Notes under the pieces: generated by a model
Databases searched by the model: none
Told to the model about the DNA's origin: nothing
Seen by the model: the letters and a program-made list of their open reading frames with translations, nothing else
Shown here: positions 61,932 to 64,000 of the stretch, piece after piece
How the letters are laid out: each line of letters opens with the position of its first letter
Numbering within the stretch: position 1 is the first letter of the stretch
Made by a program: the position numbers and the translations under genes
Assembly (NCBI GenBank): GCA_030390025.1
Contig: CM059447.1
Coordinates: 11,594,001-11,658,000 of the forward strand
Source: Squalus acanthias
Taxonomy: Eukaryota
Reading direction: 5' to 3'
DNA length: 64,000 nucleotides

Positions 61932-63650
61932 TTGACCCACTGGTCTAGACTTGAGTACGTAAAGGAGGTTGATGAGGACCACAGAGAGGTGCTCTCTGCA
62001 CTAACATGAACTGCTGTGAGAAGTAGCCGAAGTGTCCTACCACAAAGTGCTTTGCCGTGTCCATTCAGTACTGGTGACTGATTAAAAAAAAAATGTTCAA
62101 ACATTCCATGACTGAAAGTTAAGGCAAGTCATTGAATGAACAAGTCTGAGCAGTCAAGTCAGCTGGTTTGGTCATTTCCTGTGTTTGGACTTATTATTTT
62201 GTAGTATTGAAATCCTCTGTGAGGAGAATTTTCTTTAATTTTTTTGAATTTAGTATGTACTGTGTATGAGTCATTGCCATTTGCAGTGTGGGGATTTATA
62301 CATATTTTAGAGAATAAAAGCTCTTATTTTCAAAGATCAATTGCCAAACCACTTTTGGTAGAATACTTAACAGTTTGCATTTGCTATTGCCATAAGACCT
62401 ATTTTTGTATGAAATAGTATCTTTTTCACTCTATTTACAGTGTCCTTTTCGAAAAATATGTTCCTGCAATTTCTGTCAAGAAGAAAAAGCAGATTAAGGC
62501 CAGAATATAGTAAAAGGAAGGGATTGGTGACTGTTTGTACCAGTTTGAAGCAGGAATGGCATTTTCTGTTAACTGTAGAGGTACTGATAGTTTCACCAGG
62601 CCTCCCCACACACACGGTGCCATACGTTGTGTTATGAAATGGAATAGACATTGAGGTGGATTGAGTTTCTGAGCATTCCTACGCTGAGAACTACAGCATC
62701 CAAGCATTAGGTAGTAAATATGCAGCTGACGTCCAGCTTCCTGCATGAGAACTTGTGCATTAAAAAAAACAGGAAGTGTTTTTAACCCTCTGAGTACAGC
62801 ACGCGTGTTGCACACTGCAAGCAGCAAAACAACTTCCAGAGCTTTGAAAGTCTAAATACTGTCAAATCCTCATTGGTACTGCAAAATTTGAACCAGACAG
62901 CATTACGAACAGTAATTATTATCTTGCGCAGGTAAAACAGAGAAGGTTGTACCCCTGTCTTTGGGTGTCCATTTGCTGTTTTAGTACTCAGAGGGGAAGA
63001 GCTCGAATTGTCAACTCCCAAAACATGGTTTAAAAACTGTAAACGTTATTTATCTTGTAAAGTTTCTTATTAAAGTCATTTTTTTTTACATCTTGTACTT
63101 AGTTCTTTTCTGTACAGTTGTGTGGATGTTAAAAGATAAACTCAACTTTATTAAGCTAATCAGAAATGTGTAAAGACTGGAAGATCGATTTCACATGAAT
63201 ATGCAGATTGCAAATGTAGTTTACAGCATTTGCTAATTGCTTCAGCTACTACTTTTTGCTAACTAGAGAAAATGAAAAACTTTTTGTAACTTTTTTTTAC
63301 CTGACATTTACAAAAAACCTCTTAAAAGTTTTCACTCTATTTTCATTAAGCTGTGGCATGGTTGTACAGATTGCTTTTTAAAAAAGACAACAGGCATTCA
63401 AAAATATATATTTGTTAACAGTTTTATTGGAAAAGTGTAATAGGGATTCAGTAGTACAGAATTCAATTACTCTGTAATATGGCTGAAACTCTTATTTCTG
63501 TATAAAAGTTGGACATTAAAGTATTTCTGTAACTTAAAACTATCAAATCAGATATTTTGCCTTTAGGTGAGTTTGGAAAGACCTGTCTTTAAAATAAACT
63601 TACCTTTTGTATATTATTGTTTGCAATAAATAAGAAATGTATTAAAATAT
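61932..63650 (+). other. SOX9 3'UTR with polyadenylation signals
   Basis: AT-rich sequence after the stop; AATAAA at 62313, 63593 and 63625. The blocks at ~62245-62331 and ~63593-63647 resemble the mammalian SOX9 3'UTR as I recall it (not aligned). Confidence 0.7.
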
Positions 63651-64000
63651 AACTTGTTTATGGTCTCCTTAATACACATAAAGAAGCCACATTATTGAAC
63701 AAATTCAGCATATTAAAACAGGGTTTGTATGTTAATGCAATACATACTCAGGTATATTACTTTCACTCTATGGTACTTTTACTTTCGATACTCAAATTTT
63801 AAACAGTGTTCTTGTATTCCCCACATGCTTCTGTTATCCTTTTCTTTTGATGTCCATAAGAATCTGTAACAACAAAATGCTTTTGTTCAGCGTTGTTCTC
63901 TAACATCTGCAAAAACACAGATGAAAAAATTTGCTTCCAGTAGGACACAGCTTTGATCTGGACGATGCCTATCTAATTTGACCATTCGCTGAAACACAAT

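Overview
Vertebrate genomic DNA, most likely from a cartilaginous fish (inferred from the SOX9 protein and the Deu-domain SINE, CR1 and L2 repeat set). One host gene is present: an intact 3-exon SOX9 on the + strand (CDS join 59261..59697, 60740..60993, 61198..61931; 474 aa), with its proximal promoter and a ~1.7 kb 3'UTR. The ~59 kb upstream is gene desert. From about 4 to 49.5 kb it is rich in repeats: CR1 and L2 LINE fragments, SINEs, a Penelope-type insert with a minimal hammerhead-ribozyme motif, and about a dozen PIF/Harbinger-type TIR elements, most with 3-bp target-site duplications (TSDs). From about 50 kb onward it is poor in recognisable TEs and retains CpGs. The most unusual signal is a lineage of non-autonomous Harbinger elements. 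They have lost the DDE transposase core at the same junction in two diverged copies, yet the 3.27 kb copy keeps a near-intact spliced Myb/SANT + coiled-coil + AT-hook + NLS gene. That copy is nested in the tail of a CR1, which is itself inside another LINE. All calls are by eye; no searches were run.
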